Under the pieces are notes generated by a model that was not told the DNA's origin, did not search any database, and worked only from the letters and a program-made list of their open reading frames with translations. A DNA stretch of 64,000 nucleotides from Myxococcota bacterium (GTDB lineage: Bacteria > Myxococcota_A > UBA9160 > UBA4427), in the NCBI GenBank assembly GCA_036336835.1, contig JAYZFK010000062.1, positions 96,001-160,000 of the forward strand, read 5' to 3'. Positions 39,544 to 50,084 of this stretch are shown here, piece after piece (within the stretch, counting starts at the first letter, position 1; each line of letters starts with the position of its first letter). A program made the position numbers and the translations under genes.

Positions 39544-40377
39544 TCATCGATCCGCGAGCGGAGGGAGACTCGTGAGGAACCCGAGCAACGCGGCGTCGAA
39601 TTCCTCGGCCCGCTCGATGTTGAGGATGTGGCCGGCGCCTTCCAGTACCGCGTGGACGGCGGCTGGCATCTTTGCGGCCATCACCTCCGCCGCGCGCAGA
39701 AACGCCTCGTCCTCGCTGCCGACGATGACCAGCGCGGGCACGCCGATCTGGCTCAGCTCGTCGATCACGGACGGAGCGAGCCCAGTGACGCGGCGCCCGA
39801 AGGCGGCAAGCGCGGCGGGGTCCTGGGCGACGATGCCCCGGGCGGCAGCGCGTGCCGCTGGCAGCTCCGGACGGCGGCCGATGCTGGTCGCGCCCGCCTT
39901 GCCGGCGATGAAGGCCTCCAGCCCCCGCTGCTCGAGGTAGCGCGCCGTGCGCTCGGTCTGCTTTGCCCAGCCCTCCGCGGCCTTCGGATTCTTGAAGCCG
40001 GGGCCGCTGCCCGCGAGCACCAGTGCCCGGACCCGCCCCGGCTCGCGCAGCGCCCAGTGCAGTGAGGCCAGCCCACCGAAGGACAGGCCCGCGAGAACGA
40101 CCGGACGATCGGGCGAGGCCCAGTCGCAGACCACGCCCAGGTCGCGGGTGACGAGATCCATCGAGTAGGCAGCGAGATCGGCGGGCACCTCCGAGCGACC
40201 GTGGCCGCGATGGTCCCAGAGCACGACCTGCCAGCCCGCGCCGATCAGGGGCGCCACCTGGCCGCGCCAGTTCTCGTGCGTCGTCGCGAAGGCACACGAG
40301 AACACGATGCACGGGTCGGCCTCGTCGCCGTGGCGCTCGGCGTGCAGCTGCAGACCGTCGGACGAGACGACCATCAC
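39544..40377 (-). CDS. Alpha/beta hydrolase
   Basis: DHRGHGRS, GLSFGG, GSED and GAGH motifs. Confidence 0.9.
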   Translation of the reverse strand: MMVVSSDGLQLHAERHGDEADPCIVFSCAFATTHENWRGQVAPLIGAGWQVVLWDHRGHGRSEVPADLAAYSMDLVTRDLGVVCDWASPDRPVVLAGLSFGGLASLHWALREPGRVRALVLAGSGPGFKNPKAAEGWAKQTERTARYLEQRGLEAFIAGKAGATSIGRRPELPAARAAARGIVAQDPAALAAFGRRVTGLAPSVIDELSQIGVPALVIVGSEDEAFLRAAEVMAAKMPAAVHAVLEGAGHILNIERAEEFDAALLGFLTSLPPLADR

Positions 40378-40790
40378 GCGCTCAGCAGTTCGCGCAGCGC
40401 ATCCGTCATCGTCTGCATCTGGATTTCCAGCGGCCCCCTGATCGCAAGCTCCGGAACCAGTGCCTTGGTGCGCCCGTCCATCTCGATCGTCACCGTCGAA
40501 CCCTCATCGTCCTCGTCGATGACGACACTGCCGTCGAGCCGGCGCCACACGTTGCCATCGCACACTTTTTCGAATCGAACGTTGCCGTCGATCAAGTAGG
40601 TGAAGTGGAATGTTGCGACGCCTTCGCGCCCGAGTGTGGTGTAGCGCGTGCGTGTGGTGCGGCGGTCGCCGTCGCTAGCGACGATCTCGCTGTCGCCCGG
40701 CAGCAGCGCGGTCAGCGTATCGTCGCTGCACAGCCGTTCGACCGCGTGGTCGCGCGATGTCGCGGTGCGAAAACTCTTCCGAAGCTCCAT
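40374..40790 (-). CDS. SRPBCC/START-like hypothetical protein
   Basis: 138 aa, beta-rich with C-terminal helix; coupled to the hydrolase by GTGA overlap. Confidence 0.6.
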   Translation of the reverse strand: MELRKSFRTATSRDHAVERLCSDDTLTALLPGDSEIVASDGDRRTTRTRYTTLGREGVATFHFTYLIDGNVRFEKVCDGNVWRRLDGSVVIDEDDEGSTVTIEMDGRTKALVPELAIRGPLEIQMQTMTDALRELLSA

Positions 40791-40816
40791 CGTCTTTCTC
40801 CTGCAATCGCGAACGA

Positions 40817-42538
40817 CTAACGAATCTCGATCATTGCCGGCGGCACCAGCAGAAGCGTCTCGGTCGGCAGCCCCGCAACCAGCCGCTGAAGCCGGCCGAG
40901 CGCCCCCGGCAGGAAAACCCGAGCACCTGCCGCCTTCGCGAGCCGCGCATCGAGCAACTCGGCGATCTGCTCGGGAAGCGTTTTTTGGGGGGGGTAGACG
41001 ACGATCGCGACATCGGCCGCGGCATCGAGCCCGTTGGCGAGCTTCGCGCGCACGACCGCCTCGTGCAGCCCGCCGAGTCCGTCGATCAGGCCGCGCTCGA
41101 ATGCCTGCTCTCCCGTCCAGACACGGCCCTTCGCAACGGCGGCGACCTCCGCCGTCTCGAGTTTGCGCCCAATGGCAACGCGCTCGAGGAACTGGTCGTA
41201 GGTAGAGAGCACGATGCGCTGGAGCCGCGCGCGCGCACCGTCGGACATCGGCCGCGACCCGCCGCCGAGATCGGCGTACGGACCGCGCAGCAGAAGCTCC
41301 GACTCGACGCCGATGTTGGCGAGCAGGCCCTCCACCACCGGAAGCAACGCGAAGACGCCGATCGAGCCCGTAATCGACGCCCCGGAGGCCACGATCTCAT
41401 CCGCTGCCGAGGCCACGTAGTAGCCGCCGGAGGCGGCAACGTCCGAGAACGAAGCGATGATCGGCTTGTCCGATTCCGCGCGAACCTTGCGGATCGCGCG
41501 CCACATCAGCTCCGAAGCGAGTGCCGAGCCGCCCGGGCTGTCGATGCGGACGATGATCGCGCCGACGCCGGCCACCTTCGCAGCCTGCTCGAGCGCCTTG
41601 GCAAATGCGCCGGCCGCGAAGACCGGATCGCCCTGCGAGTTCGTCGCGGAGTCGCCGACTACCACGTTGCCGCTGCCATAGACGAGCGCGAACGTCGCCT
41701 GCGGATCGAAACCGATCGACTCGAGGCCCACACCCGCGTAGACCTCGTCGCGCACGACCTCCCCGCCCAGCGACGCCAGCAGCTCGTCGAGATGCGCGAC
41801 ACCGTCGGCGAGTCCGAGCGTCACGAGCCCGGAGGCGAGCACCGGCCCGCGCTCTATCCGCTCGCGCACCTCGTCGGGAGTGAGGCCGCGCCCCTCTGCG
41901 ATCGCAGCGACGAACTGGCGGTCCGTCGAGTCGAGCAGCGCATTGGCCATCTCGCGCGAGGCCTCCGACATTCCCGTTCCTGCCACCATCTCGACCGCGC
42001 TCTTGTAGCGCCCGGCCTTTGCCACCTCGAAGTCGATACCCAGCTTCTCGAACATACCGCCGAGGTAGAAGTACTCGGCCGCGAGACCGACCAGCGGCAC
42101 GACGCCGCCCGGCACGATGTGAACCTCGTCAGCGGCGACGGCGATGAAGTACTCGCGATGCGCCGAGATCGTCCCGACCTCGAGGTAGGCGACCGTTCGA
42201 CGACCCGCCTCGCGCAAGCGGCCGATCGCCGCTCGCAGCTCCTCTGCCTTGCCCCAGCCGATGTCGGCGCCCGCCACGCGCAGCACGACCGTCTCGATGC
42301 GATCGTCGCGCGCAGCCTTTGCCAGCAGCGACAGCAGACTGATGAACGGGCGACTCTCACTGCCGAGTAGCTTGGCCAGCAGCGGAGACACGGCGCTCTC
42401 GACGTAGCTCCCCTCCACGTCTATCAGCAGGGTGCTGCCAGACTCGATGGACGGCTCGTCCGGCGACAATGCGCAAAAAGCGATGCCGAGAACGAACAGC
42501 AGCAGAAGCGCGATCGAGAGGCGGCGAGCCAGGCGCAT
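40817..42538 (-). CDS. sppA: Signal peptide peptidase SppA (two-domain)
   Basis: GRYKSAVE, RIDSPGGS, AASGGYY, TGSIGV and GRVWTG motifs. Confidence 0.95.
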   Translation of the reverse strand: MRLARRLSIALLLLFVLGIAFCALSPDEPSIESGSTLLIDVEGSYVESAVSPLLAKLLGSESRPFISLLSLLAKAARDDRIETVVLRVAGADIGWGKAEELRAAIGRLREAGRRTVAYLEVGTISAHREYFIAVAADEVHIVPGGVVPLVGLAAEYFYLGGMFEKLGIDFEVAKAGRYKSAVEMVAGTGMSEASREMANALLDSTDRQFVAAIAEGRGLTPDEVRERIERGPVLASGLVTLGLADGVAHLDELLASLGGEVVRDEVYAGVGLESIGFDPQATFALVYGSGNVVVGDSATNSQGDPVFAAGAFAKALEQAAKVAGVGAIIVRIDSPGGSALASELMWRAIRKVRAESDKPIIASFSDVAASGGYYVASAADEIVASGASITGSIGVFALLPVVEGLLANIGVESELLLRGPYADLGGGSRPMSDGARARLQRIVLSTYDQFLERVAIGRKLETAEVAAVAKGRVWTGEQAFERGLIDGLGGLHEAVVRAKLANGLDAAADVAIVVYPPQKTLPEQIAELLDARLAKAAGARVFLPGALGRLQRLVAGLPTETLLLVPPAMIEIR

Positions 42539-42617
42539 GTCCCCTCCTCGGAAGCCGTCACGGCCCGGGCAGACACGAGCGTACCACCGCCGAGGAGCCC
42601 AGCTATCATCACTCCAC

Positions 42618-44216
42618 ATGCCGCGCGAGGTCTATGTCGCTTCCGTCGGACTCACCAAGGTCGACCTCACGGGCAAGATCTTCTCGAGTGTGTTCGACCT
42701 GTTCGTCCAGGCGTACCACAGTGCGCTCGAGAACAGCCGCATCCGCTCGTTCGACGCCGTCCAGATCGGCATCATGGACAGCGAGGAGTTCGAGAACCGC
42801 GCCAACATCGCCACCAAGGTGGTCGATCGGATCGGGCTGACGGGCGCACCTGCGGTCCGCAGCGAGACCGCGTCGTCGACCGGTGCCGCCGCGTTTCACG
42901 AGGCGTACTACAAGATCGCGTCGGGCGAATTCGACACAGTACTGGTGATCGCAGGCGAGCGGATGAAGATGGTCACCACCGAGGTGGCCACCTCGATCAT
43001 GTCCAAGACCGTGGACCCGGTGGAGCGACGCTTTGGCTTCACCATGCCGGGCCTGATCGCACTCGTGACCCAGGCCTGGGTCCAGGAGCGCAACCTCGGG
43101 CCGGACCAGGTGAGGAAACTGCTTGCTCGACTCATGCACCGCGCGCACGCGCTCGGCGCCCAGAACCCGCTGGCCGCGTTCTATGGGAAGCCCGAGCCGG
43201 TCGAGGCCTACTACGATCAGAGCAAGAACCTGCCGGTCGCGACCCCCCTGATGCGCAAGGACTGCTCGCCGATCTGCGACGGCGCGGCAGCGGTAATCCT
43301 GACCGCGAGCCCGCAGCCGGTCCGGGTTGCAGGACTCGGCTCAGCCACCGAGACCTCCTCGATCCTCGATCGCACGCGGCTCGCAGGGCTCGATGCCAGC
43401 TCACAGGCCGCCCAGATCGCCTACTGGCGTGCTGGCATCCCCGATCCGCGCCAACTCGAAGGACTCGTCGTTGAGGTGCACGACGCCTTCAACAGTCTGC
43501 TGCCGATCGGCCTGATCGACCTCGGCCTGCTCGACCCTGACCAGGCGATCGCTGCGCTCGTGGGGGATCTCGACGGTCCGCCCGCCGATCCGTACGAGCA
43601 CCCGTTCACCGGCCCGCGCGGAGTGCTGCCCACCAATCTCTCGGGCGGTCTGAAAGCGCGCGGGCATCCGGTGGGCGGAACCGGGCTGTTCCAGATCGCC
43701 GAGAACTACCTGCAGCTGACGGGCGGGTTCCCGAACCCCATGGCTCAGGTCGCGGATGCGCGGATCGGCCTGTGCCACTCGATCGGCGGCCCGGGCAACA
43801 ACGTGTACGTGACGCTGCTCGAACTCAGTGACAACACGCGCGAGCGCGGAGACGTCCCGCTGCCGATCACGCGATTTACGTCGCAGCTGCCCCACCGCAG
43901 TCGGGAGCGTGCCCTGCCGCGGCAGGGCAGCGCCGCACTGGTCGAGGCCGCGACCACGATTTACGTCACCGCGCCTGGAGTCGAGTCTCCGGTCCACGTG
44001 GCGTTGCTGTCGATCGGAAATCAACGGGTGTTCGCCCGGATGGATCGGCGGCTCGAAGAGGGGGAAGGTGCGGAGCAGGTCCTGGCCGGGCAGCGCGTAC
44101 GGCTGCTCGTCAAGGACGACGGCGACCACTATTTCCAGATCCCGAAGCCGCGCGGCCTGGGACGCTTCGACGTGGGACAGATCGTCCAATCCATCCGGCG
44201 CAGAGTCGGCGGCTGA
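42618..44216 (+). CDS. SCP2-type thiolase-like protein lacking catalytic Cys, with C-terminal DUF35-like OB domain
   Basis: ETASSTG, DCSPICDGAAA, EVHDAF and GGLKARGHPVGGTG motifs; C-terminal ATTIYVTAPGVESPVHVALL...RVFARM. Confidence 0.85.
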   Translation: MPREVYVASVGLTKVDLTGKIFSSVFDLFVQAYHSALENSRIRSFDAVQIGIMDSEEFENRANIATKVVDRIGLTGAPAVRSETASSTGAAAFHEAYYKIASGEFDTVLVIAGERMKMVTTEVATSIMSKTVDPVERRFGFTMPGLIALVTQAWVQERNLGPDQVRKLLARLMHRAHALGAQNPLAAFYGKPEPVEAYYDQSKNLPVATPLMRKDCSPICDGAAAVILTASPQPVRVAGLGSATETSSILDRTRLAGLDASSQAAQIAYWRAGIPDPRQLEGLVVEVHDAFNSLLPIGLIDLGLLDPDQAIAALVGDLDGPPADPYEHPFTGPRGVLPTNLSGGLKARGHPVGGTGLFQIAENYLQLTGGFPNPMAQVADARIGLCHSIGGPGNNVYVTLLELSDNTRERGDVPLPITRFTSQLPHRSRERALPRQGSAALVEAATTIYVTAPGVESPVHVALLSIGNQRVFARMDRRLEEGEGAEQVLAGQRVRLLVKDDGDHYFQIPKPRGLGRFDVGQIVQSIRRRVGG

Positions 44217-44491
44217 CGACCGCGGCGTCGCCCGGGAAACGACCCGAGCCCCAGATACAAGTCGCGCGCGGTGACGCCATGCCAGCCGCGCGCGGGCCCA
44301 GAATCCTGGGAAGGAGATTACTGTCGGGCCGTATTCTTCGCGGGCGCGAAGCCCGCTACGAGGTAAGTGGTGGCCCGCGCAAGGAAGTGGCAAAAAAAGT
44401 GCAAAAGAAATGTGCGCTTGCTGAGAGCAAGCTGAGACCCGCTAGAGTCGTTCTCAGCCTGGCTCACGCCCCCATGGGGACGGGAAGGTCG

Positions 44492-44797
44492 CTACCAGAC
44501 GCCCGCTGGCGGCGGTGCGACAGCGGAGTCCTCGTCCTCGGCAGCCGCCGTGCGGTCCGGCTCCGGCTGCGGGGTCGACAGGGGCTCGCGTAGCTCGGCC
44601 GACTCCGCCGAACCGACCGAGGGCTCCGGCTCGACCCGCTGCGGCTCCGTTTCGGCTTCCACCTCCGGCGGCGGCACGTGCTCGACGAAGCGGCGACCCG
44701 CGTCCGGCGCCCTGACGGGCTCGTACGCCGCCTCGTCGTTGGGGCAGGCGAGGCACAGCAACGCGAGCATGAGCCCCGATACCAGCCACCAGCTCAT
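44492..44797 (-). CDS. Small Pro/Glu-rich putative lipoprotein
   Basis: MSWWLVSGLMLALLCLAC signal; follows the pilin gene (alternative start 44821). Confidence 0.55.
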   Translation of the reverse strand: MSWWLVSGLMLALLCLACPNDEAAYEPVRAPDAGRRFVEHVPPPEVEAETEPQRVEPEPSVGSAESAELREPLSTPQPEPDRTAAAEDEDSAVAPPPAGVW

Positions 44798-44817
44798 CGT
44801 CCTCGACTCGCCAGCGG

Positions 44818-45750
44818 TCATCGCATCACCAGGGTGCGCAGCAGCTCTCTTGTCGTGTGCGTACGGCGTCGAATCTCGACTTCGCCGTCTTCGGCTCCTT
44901 GCTGCGTCAACAAGACCGTGTCGACGCGAACCTCGCGCACCGAGGTGAGGTCGACCTCGCCCGAGACGTAGCGCGAGCCCGTGCCGTAGCCCACCAGCTC
45001 ATCGACTTGCTCGATGTTATCGCGGTTCGTGTCGACGAAAAAGGCGATCTGGAGATCGGCCGCCCCGTGCAGGAGCGCCTCTCCGTCGCGGCTGAGCACG
45101 TCGTCGGCCTCGATCCGGTACTCGTGGCCCGGGATCGCAATCAGATCGGAATGAGATCCGGGACCGAGAATGCCAGAATGGATCTCGACCGTGACAGTTT
45201 GTCGCGCGACGTCCACGTCGATCACCGTACCGCAAGCGGAGCCCCGTTCGGGCGCGTTGCGATCGGTCACGATGACGCCCCCCCGCCGTACGAAGTCGGC
45301 GTCGGCCACGCCGTCGCCGTCGTTGTCGTAGGTCGCCATCGCATCGAGGAGCAGTGGAATCGACCACTCGGGATTCAAGCCACCGACCACGTTCTCACCC
45401 GGGATGCTCACGCCGTTGTCCTGGCCCGCAGCGCCGTGCTCGGGATCGAGCACGTCCGCGTCGCTCAGGTACAACAGATCGGCCGAATCGAGGTTGTCGA
45501 CGCCACAGACGGCGCCGCTGGCGGGGACCATGAAACCTGCGCGGCGGATGTCGCGCTCGATCGTGTTGGCGACCGACCGCATGTTGCGCCGCATCTCGAG
45601 CTTGACGGCCTGGGCCTGCTGATCCGTCACGAGCGTACCGGCAAAGTAGAGGCTGATTGCGACGATCAGCACCATTCCGACCGTAAGCTCGAGTAGCGAC
45701 AGTCCGAGCCGCGCACACAGCGACCGGGCGAGACTGGGGCGCAGCTGCAT
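44818..45750 (-). CDS. PilW-like type IV minor pilin
   Basis: G|LSLLEL class III signal plus hydrophobic helix; IERDIRRAGF and DLQIAF motifs. Confidence 0.8.
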   Translation of the reverse strand: MQLRPSLARSLCARLGLSLLELTVGMVLIVAISLYFAGTLVTDQQAQAVKLEMRRNMRSVANTIERDIRRAGFMVPASGAVCGVDNLDSADLLYLSDADVLDPEHGAAGQDNGVSIPGENVVGGLNPEWSIPLLLDAMATYDNDGDGVADADFVRRGGVIVTDRNAPERGSACGTVIDVDVARQTVTVEIHSGILGPGSHSDLIAIPGHEYRIEADDVLSRDGEALLHGAADLQIAFFVDTNRDNIEQVDELVGYGTGSRYVSGEVDLTSVREVRVDTVLLTQQGAEDGEVEIRRRTHTTRELLRTLVMR

Positions 45751-45958
45751 GTCAGCGCATCTCGCACAGCAGGAGCATCGTACGGGGCCTCCGTGGGCTT
45801 GGACGCGGCGTGATCGTGCACTCCGTCCGCGCGGACCGAGGCCCCCTCACAACGGCGAGTTCGGGGCGACGCTTGAGCCTTCTTCGTTGTCCGCGCAGCC
45901 GACGCGCAACCCGTCCGCAACACCTGGCAGCGCGCGGGCAATGCGACCCGCGCCAACG

Positions 45959-46459
45959 TCAGGCTTCGCGGGCGGGGGGGCCGACGCCGGCAAGCAGATC
46001 GTCGAGCACCTGCCGCGTCTCGGGCTCGAGCTTCCCGAAGTGGACGCCCATCCCGAGGAACTCCGTCGAGAAGCCGGCGGAGACGTTGTTGGTTGCAACC
46101 ACGCCCGGCAGCTCGAGCGTCTGCTGTATCGTCCGGATGCAGATGCTGAGCACGAGCTCGGTGCCGATCTCCGGTGCGAAGGGAGTGTTTACGAAGACCC
46201 CGCCACGCGCGAGCTCGCAGATGTACGCATGGCGCAGCTCCTCGGGCGTGCGGAACTCGACCCGGAGCCGTGTTTCGCGGCGTTCGCTGCTATTCGCGTC
46301 GTCGCCCTGCCTGCCGAATTTCGACGCGAGCCGCTGTTCGAGATCGAGCCAGCGTTGATACTCGAGTGGACTCACGCCGACGCCCGTGCGCTTCTGCTCT
46401 AGCCCTGCGTATTCCCTGAACAGCGAAAGATGGTCCCGCACGGGGGGTGCATCGGCCAT
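45959..46459 (-). CDS. PilZ domain protein
   Basis: ERRETR (RxxxR), ELARGGVFV and GMGVHF motifs. Confidence 0.82.
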   Translation of the reverse strand: MADAPPVRDHLSLFREYAGLEQKRTGVGVSPLEYQRWLDLEQRLASKFGRQGDDANSSERRETRLRVEFRTPEELRHAYICELARGGVFVNTPFAPEIGTELVLSICIRTIQQTLELPGVVATNNVSAGFSTEFLGMGVHFGKLEPETRQVLDDLLAGVGPPAREA

Positions 46460-46505
46460 TTTCGGCGCGAGGTGAAGACCACCGTGGTGTAGGCTTCGCG
46501 AAGCC

Positions 46506-47342
46506 ATGGCGATCATCCACGAAGTCCCTTTCGAACCCGCAATCGTCGAGCCCGACCCGCTATCCGGCCCGGTACAGTGGTTCGTGTTCCGCAAGCGAGA
46601 GCTACTGGTAACCGCTGCGGGCTCGCTACCGACGAAAGAAGCCCTGGACGAGCACCAACTTGGCCCCGAAAGCTCGCTGTATCTCGGCACGCTGGGCGAC
46701 ACGCATTGCTTCGCCGCCCGACTATCCGACTCGTCGACCCCGCCCCCGGGAATGACCTACCGGGACTTGATGTCGCTGTTTGCCAGCATCGAGCCTCAGA
46801 TCCACCAGATCGCGGGACGCGCGGCCCAGCTCCTCGACTGGGAGCGAACGCACCAGCTGTGCGGAGCGTGCGGCAAGCCGACCGAGCCTTCGACCACCGA
46901 CCGCTCGCGTGTGTGCAGCGGCTGTGGACTGGCGCAGTTTCCCCGACTCGCACCGGCAATCATCGTGACCGTCGAGCGCGACGACGAGATCCTGCTCGCG
47001 CGCTCACCTCACTTTCCGCCAGGCCTGTACAGCACGCTCGCCGGCTTCGTCGAGCCGGGCGAGAGTGTCGAAGAATGCGTCGCGCGCGAGGTGCGCGAGG
47101 AGGTCGGCGTCGAGGTCGACCAGATCCGCTACTTCGACAGCCAGCCCTGGCCCTTCCCCAACTCGCTGATGCTCGGCTTCACCACGACCTGGAAGAGCGG
47201 CGAGATCCAGATCGACGGCCAGGAGATCGTGGATGCCAAGTGGTTCCACTGCGACGACATGCCCACGCGTTTCCCGGGCAGGATCAGCATCTCCCAGTGG
47301 CTGATCGACGACTTCCTCCGGCGGCGCGCGGGTCGCTGCTAG
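46506..47342 (+). CDS. nudC: NADH pyrophosphatase NudC
   Basis: CGACG/CSGCG zinc finger, Nudix box [32 protein letters not shown]. Confidence 0.96.
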   Translation: MAIIHEVPFEPAIVEPDPLSGPVQWFVFRKRELLVTAAGSLPTKEALDEHQLGPESSLYLGTLGDTHCFAARLSDSSTPPPGMTYRDLMSLFASIEPQIHQIAGRAAQLLDWERTHQLCGACGKPTEPSTTDRSRVCSGCGLAQFPRLAPAIIVTVERDDEILLARSPHFPPGLYSTLAGFVEPGESVEECVAREVREEVGVEVDQIRYFDSQPWPFPNSLMLGFTTTWKSGEIQIDGQEIVDAKWFHCDDMPTRFPGRISISQWLIDDFLRRRAGRC

Positions 47343-47812
47343 TCGAGTGCCCCGAAGGCCTCGCGGATCTCATCGGGGGCCTGTACCAGCTCGACCAGCA
47401 CACCTTCTGCTCCGATCGGCGCGTCGGGCGTGCCCTTGGGATGGATGAAGCACACGTCGTAGCCGGCCGCGCCCTTGCGAATGCCACCCGGCGTAAAGCG
47501 GACACCCCGTGCCTCGAGCCACTCGACGGCCGCGCGCAGGTCGTCGATCCAGAGCCCCACGTGGTTGAGCGCCGGGTCGTGCACCCTCGGGCGGGCCTCG
47601 GGATCGATCGGCTGCATCAGATCCACCTCGACCTTGAACGCTCCCTCACCCGCAGTCGCGATATCCTCGTCGACATTCTCCTGCTCACTGCGATAGGTCC
47701 CGGTCAGCTCGAGACCGAGCGTGTCGATCCAGAAGCGGCGCAGCGCCTGTTTGTCGAGGCCGCCGATGGCGATTTGCTGGATGCCGAGAACCTTGAACGG
47801 GCGATCGGACAC
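47339..47812 (-). CDS. VOC family protein (methylmalonyl-CoA epimerase-like)
   Basis: [23 protein letters not shown] and GVLVELVQ motifs. Confidence 0.85.
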   Translation of the reverse strand: MSDRPFKVLGIQQIAIGGLDKQALRRFWIDTLGLELTGTYRSEQENVDEDIATAGEGAFKVEVDLMQPIDPEARPRVHDPALNHVGLWIDDLRAAVEWLEARGVRFTPGGIRKGAAGYDVCFIHPKGTPDAPIGAEGVLVELVQAPDEIREAFGALD

Positions 47813-47896
47813 GGGAACTCCTTCGGAATGGAGAGCGGGGGGGGATCGGGCCGCGCATACTATCGTCTCGGCGTCGAGACGTCGCCGGGGGGATGA

Positions 47897-48895
47897 ATGC
47901 GCTCGATCGTCGCCGCGCTCGCGCTTGCGGTCTGCCAGCTCGCGGCCCCGGGCGCACGCGCCCAGCAGTCGTTCCCGGCCGACTCCGAGCAGCCGATCCT
48001 GGTGTATCAACCTCCGCCGCGCGCCTGGCGCCTCTCGGTGGCCACTGGCTTCGAGTACGACTCGGGGATCGCCGGACGAATCGACGAGCTGTTCGTGCCC
48101 CTCTCCGCGCGCCTCGAGTACGGTCGCTTCTCGGTCGGCCTCGCGACGTCGCTCGTCTCGCTCCGCGGCGACCGAATCGTCGGCGGCCACGCGATCGGCA
48201 GCCTCCCCGACCCGCGCATCGCGCCCGCACTGGACCGATTCAACGTGGCAAGGGAGATGCACCTCGGTGTGGAGGACATCGCCGATTCGTCTCTCGACGA
48301 GACAGGAATCGGCGACACGCTGATTAGTCTGTCGTACGCCTGGTTCCAGCCGGACGGCTGGCTTCCGTTCATCGAGTTCACCTCGTTGGTGAAGATTCCG
48401 ACCGCCAGCAAACAGGACCGGATCGGCACCGGCGAGTACGACTGGATCCTGCAGCTGGACCTGGCCAAGCAGCTCGGCCGCTTCACGCCGTTCGCCACCG
48501 TCGTCTATCGCTTCAACGGCGGACCGATCGTGCTGCGCGAACAACGGGCTCCGATCGCGCCTGGGGCCGTGACCGACGCGACCGGCGTAGAGAGCATCCT
48601 GCTCGAGGAGATCCGCATCCCGGTCGATGACACGCTGGAGCTGACGGTCGGATCGTCGTTCCTGGTGAGCGATCGACTGATGCGCCTGAGGGGAACCGAC
48701 GTCGCCCTGCACACCGGCGTGATGTACGACTTCAAGCAGAGCCCGTTCGACGGCGTCGTGAATGACCACGAGCTCATCTCGTATCTGACCTTCGAGCTCT
48801 CACGCAACCTGCAGCTCGGGCCCTACTTCGTGGTCGGCCTGTCGGAGTCGGCGCCCGACTGGGGAATCGCGACCCAGCTGCTATTCACCTACTGA
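47897..48895 (+). CDS. Putative outer-membrane beta-barrel protein (MetA-pathway/transporter-like)
   Basis: Signal peptide, GIGDT, VKIPTA...IGTGEYD, terminal aromatic residue. Confidence 0.7.
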   Translation: MRSIVAALALAVCQLAAPGARAQQSFPADSEQPILVYQPPPRAWRLSVATGFEYDSGIAGRIDELFVPLSARLEYGRFSVGLATSLVSLRGDRIVGGHAIGSLPDPRIAPALDRFNVAREMHLGVEDIADSSLDETGIGDTLISLSYAWFQPDGWLPFIEFTSLVKIPTASKQDRIGTGEYDWILQLDLAKQLGRFTPFATVVYRFNGGPIVLREQRAPIAPGAVTDATGVESILLEEIRIPVDDTLELTVGSSFLVSDRLMRLRGTDVALHTGVMYDFKQSPFDGVVNDHELISYLTFELSRNLQLGPYFVVGLSESAPDWGIATQLLFTY

Positions 48896-48902
48896 CGCTC
48901 GC

Positions 48903-50084
48903 TCACGGCCGGAGCAGCTTCTGGACCCGGGTCGGACGCACGGCATCGATCCGCGGCGAGCGCGGTGGGCGCGATCTGTCCGCCGGCCGGTCGATACGCG
49001 GCGGCCGCGGCAGCATGTACCGCGGTGGGCGCACATCGCGCGCGATCCGCAGCGCGCGAATCGTACCGCTACGGGTCAGTACGCCGCGGACGACGACGTA
49101 GTCGTCGAGCCGGATTCGATCGCGCACGGCGTGCGGGGCCTCGACCCGCAGCCCGCCGACGCGCACGACCCCGTCGTGCTGTACCTCCACGTAGCCGCCC
49201 AGCGAGACCTCTTTGGTCCGGCGATCGAAGTGCACCGCGCGCTCGACCTCGGCGCGCTCGATTCGTTGGTGCGGAGCGCTCCAGACGCCGGTTGCAATCA
49301 CCGAGACACCGGCGAGGGCTGAATCGATGGGAACCTCGGGCGCAATGCCAACGCCGGCAACGCTCGCCTCCCCATCGGCAGTGATCGCGAGCGTGCCGAT
49401 CAGGCTCGCCGCGCCCGACGATTCCAGGATCGTGAGCCGCGTTGCCAGGATCCGGCCATCGCTCACGCGCTGGCCCGAGATCGCCAACCGATCGCCGATG
49501 CTCAGTGCCTCGAACGCGTCGCTCGCCCACTCCTCCGGCAGCTCGACCTGCTGCCCGAGCACGCGCAGCCGACGAGACGCCGGGGCAACGGCATCCAGCT
49601 GGCCCCGAACCAGCTGGCGCACCGCGATAGAGCGGGCGCGCAGCGCACCATCGACCTGCTGCGCCTGCACGGCAACGACATCTCCGATCCGGAGCGACTC
49701 GGCGCTGGCCGGCGCGTGGTTTACCTCAGTCGGCGTCTGCGAGTCGTAGGTGATACGCAGCCCGTTGACGCAAATACTGCCGAAGCCGGTGATCGTGCCG
49801 ACGACACCGGTGCCGCCCAGCCCGTCGGGCTCGTCACCCAGGCCGGTGCCGCCCAGCCCGTCGGACTCGTCACCCAGGCCGGTACCGCCCATGCCGCTGT
49901 CGCGGTCGCCGCCCGCGAGCTGTGCGTGGTCGCCCAGTCCAGTCCCGCCGAGACCTTCGGGCTCCTCGCGCAGCTCGTCGACGGTGCCCCCGATGGCACA
50001 CGGATTGGCCCCGACGGCCGGCGCGCACAGCGGCAACAGCATGCTCGCGCCGAGCAGCGCTGCGAGCTTGCCAGGCCTACGCAT
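48903..50084 (-). CDS. Exported DUF5666 repeat protein
   Basis: Signal peptide, GLGGTG repeats, VGTITGFGSICVNG, repeated OB-like units. Confidence 0.85.
   Translation of the reverse strand: MRRPGKLAALLGASMLLPLCAPAVGANPCAIGGTVDELREEPEGLGGTGLGDHAQLAGGDRDSGMGGTGLGDESDGLGGTGLGDEPDGLGGTGVVGTITGFGSICVNGLRITYDSQTPTEVNHAPASAESLRIGDVVAVQAQQVDGALRARSIAVRQLVRGQLDAVAPASRRLRVLGQQVELPEEWASDAFEALSIGDRLAISGQRVSDGRILATRLTILESSGAASLIGTLAITADGEASVAGVGIAPEVPIDSALAGVSVIATGVWSAPHQRIERAEVERAVHFDRRTKEVSLGGYVEVQHDGVVRVGGLRVEAPHAVRDRIRLDDYVVVRGVLTRSGTIRALRIARDVRPPRYMLPRPPRIDRPADRSRPPRSPRIDAVRPTRVQKLLRP
49807..49896 (-). repeat. 36-bp in-frame tandem repeat (2.5 copies) encoding LGDExDGLGGTG
   Basis: Units start at 49807, 49843 and 49879. 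Confidence 0.9.

Noticed and set aside
49807..49896. 36-bp direct repeats resembling CRISPR repeat length
   Set aside because: The units are contiguous with no spacers and encode in-frame GGTG peptide repeats; no cas genes are present.
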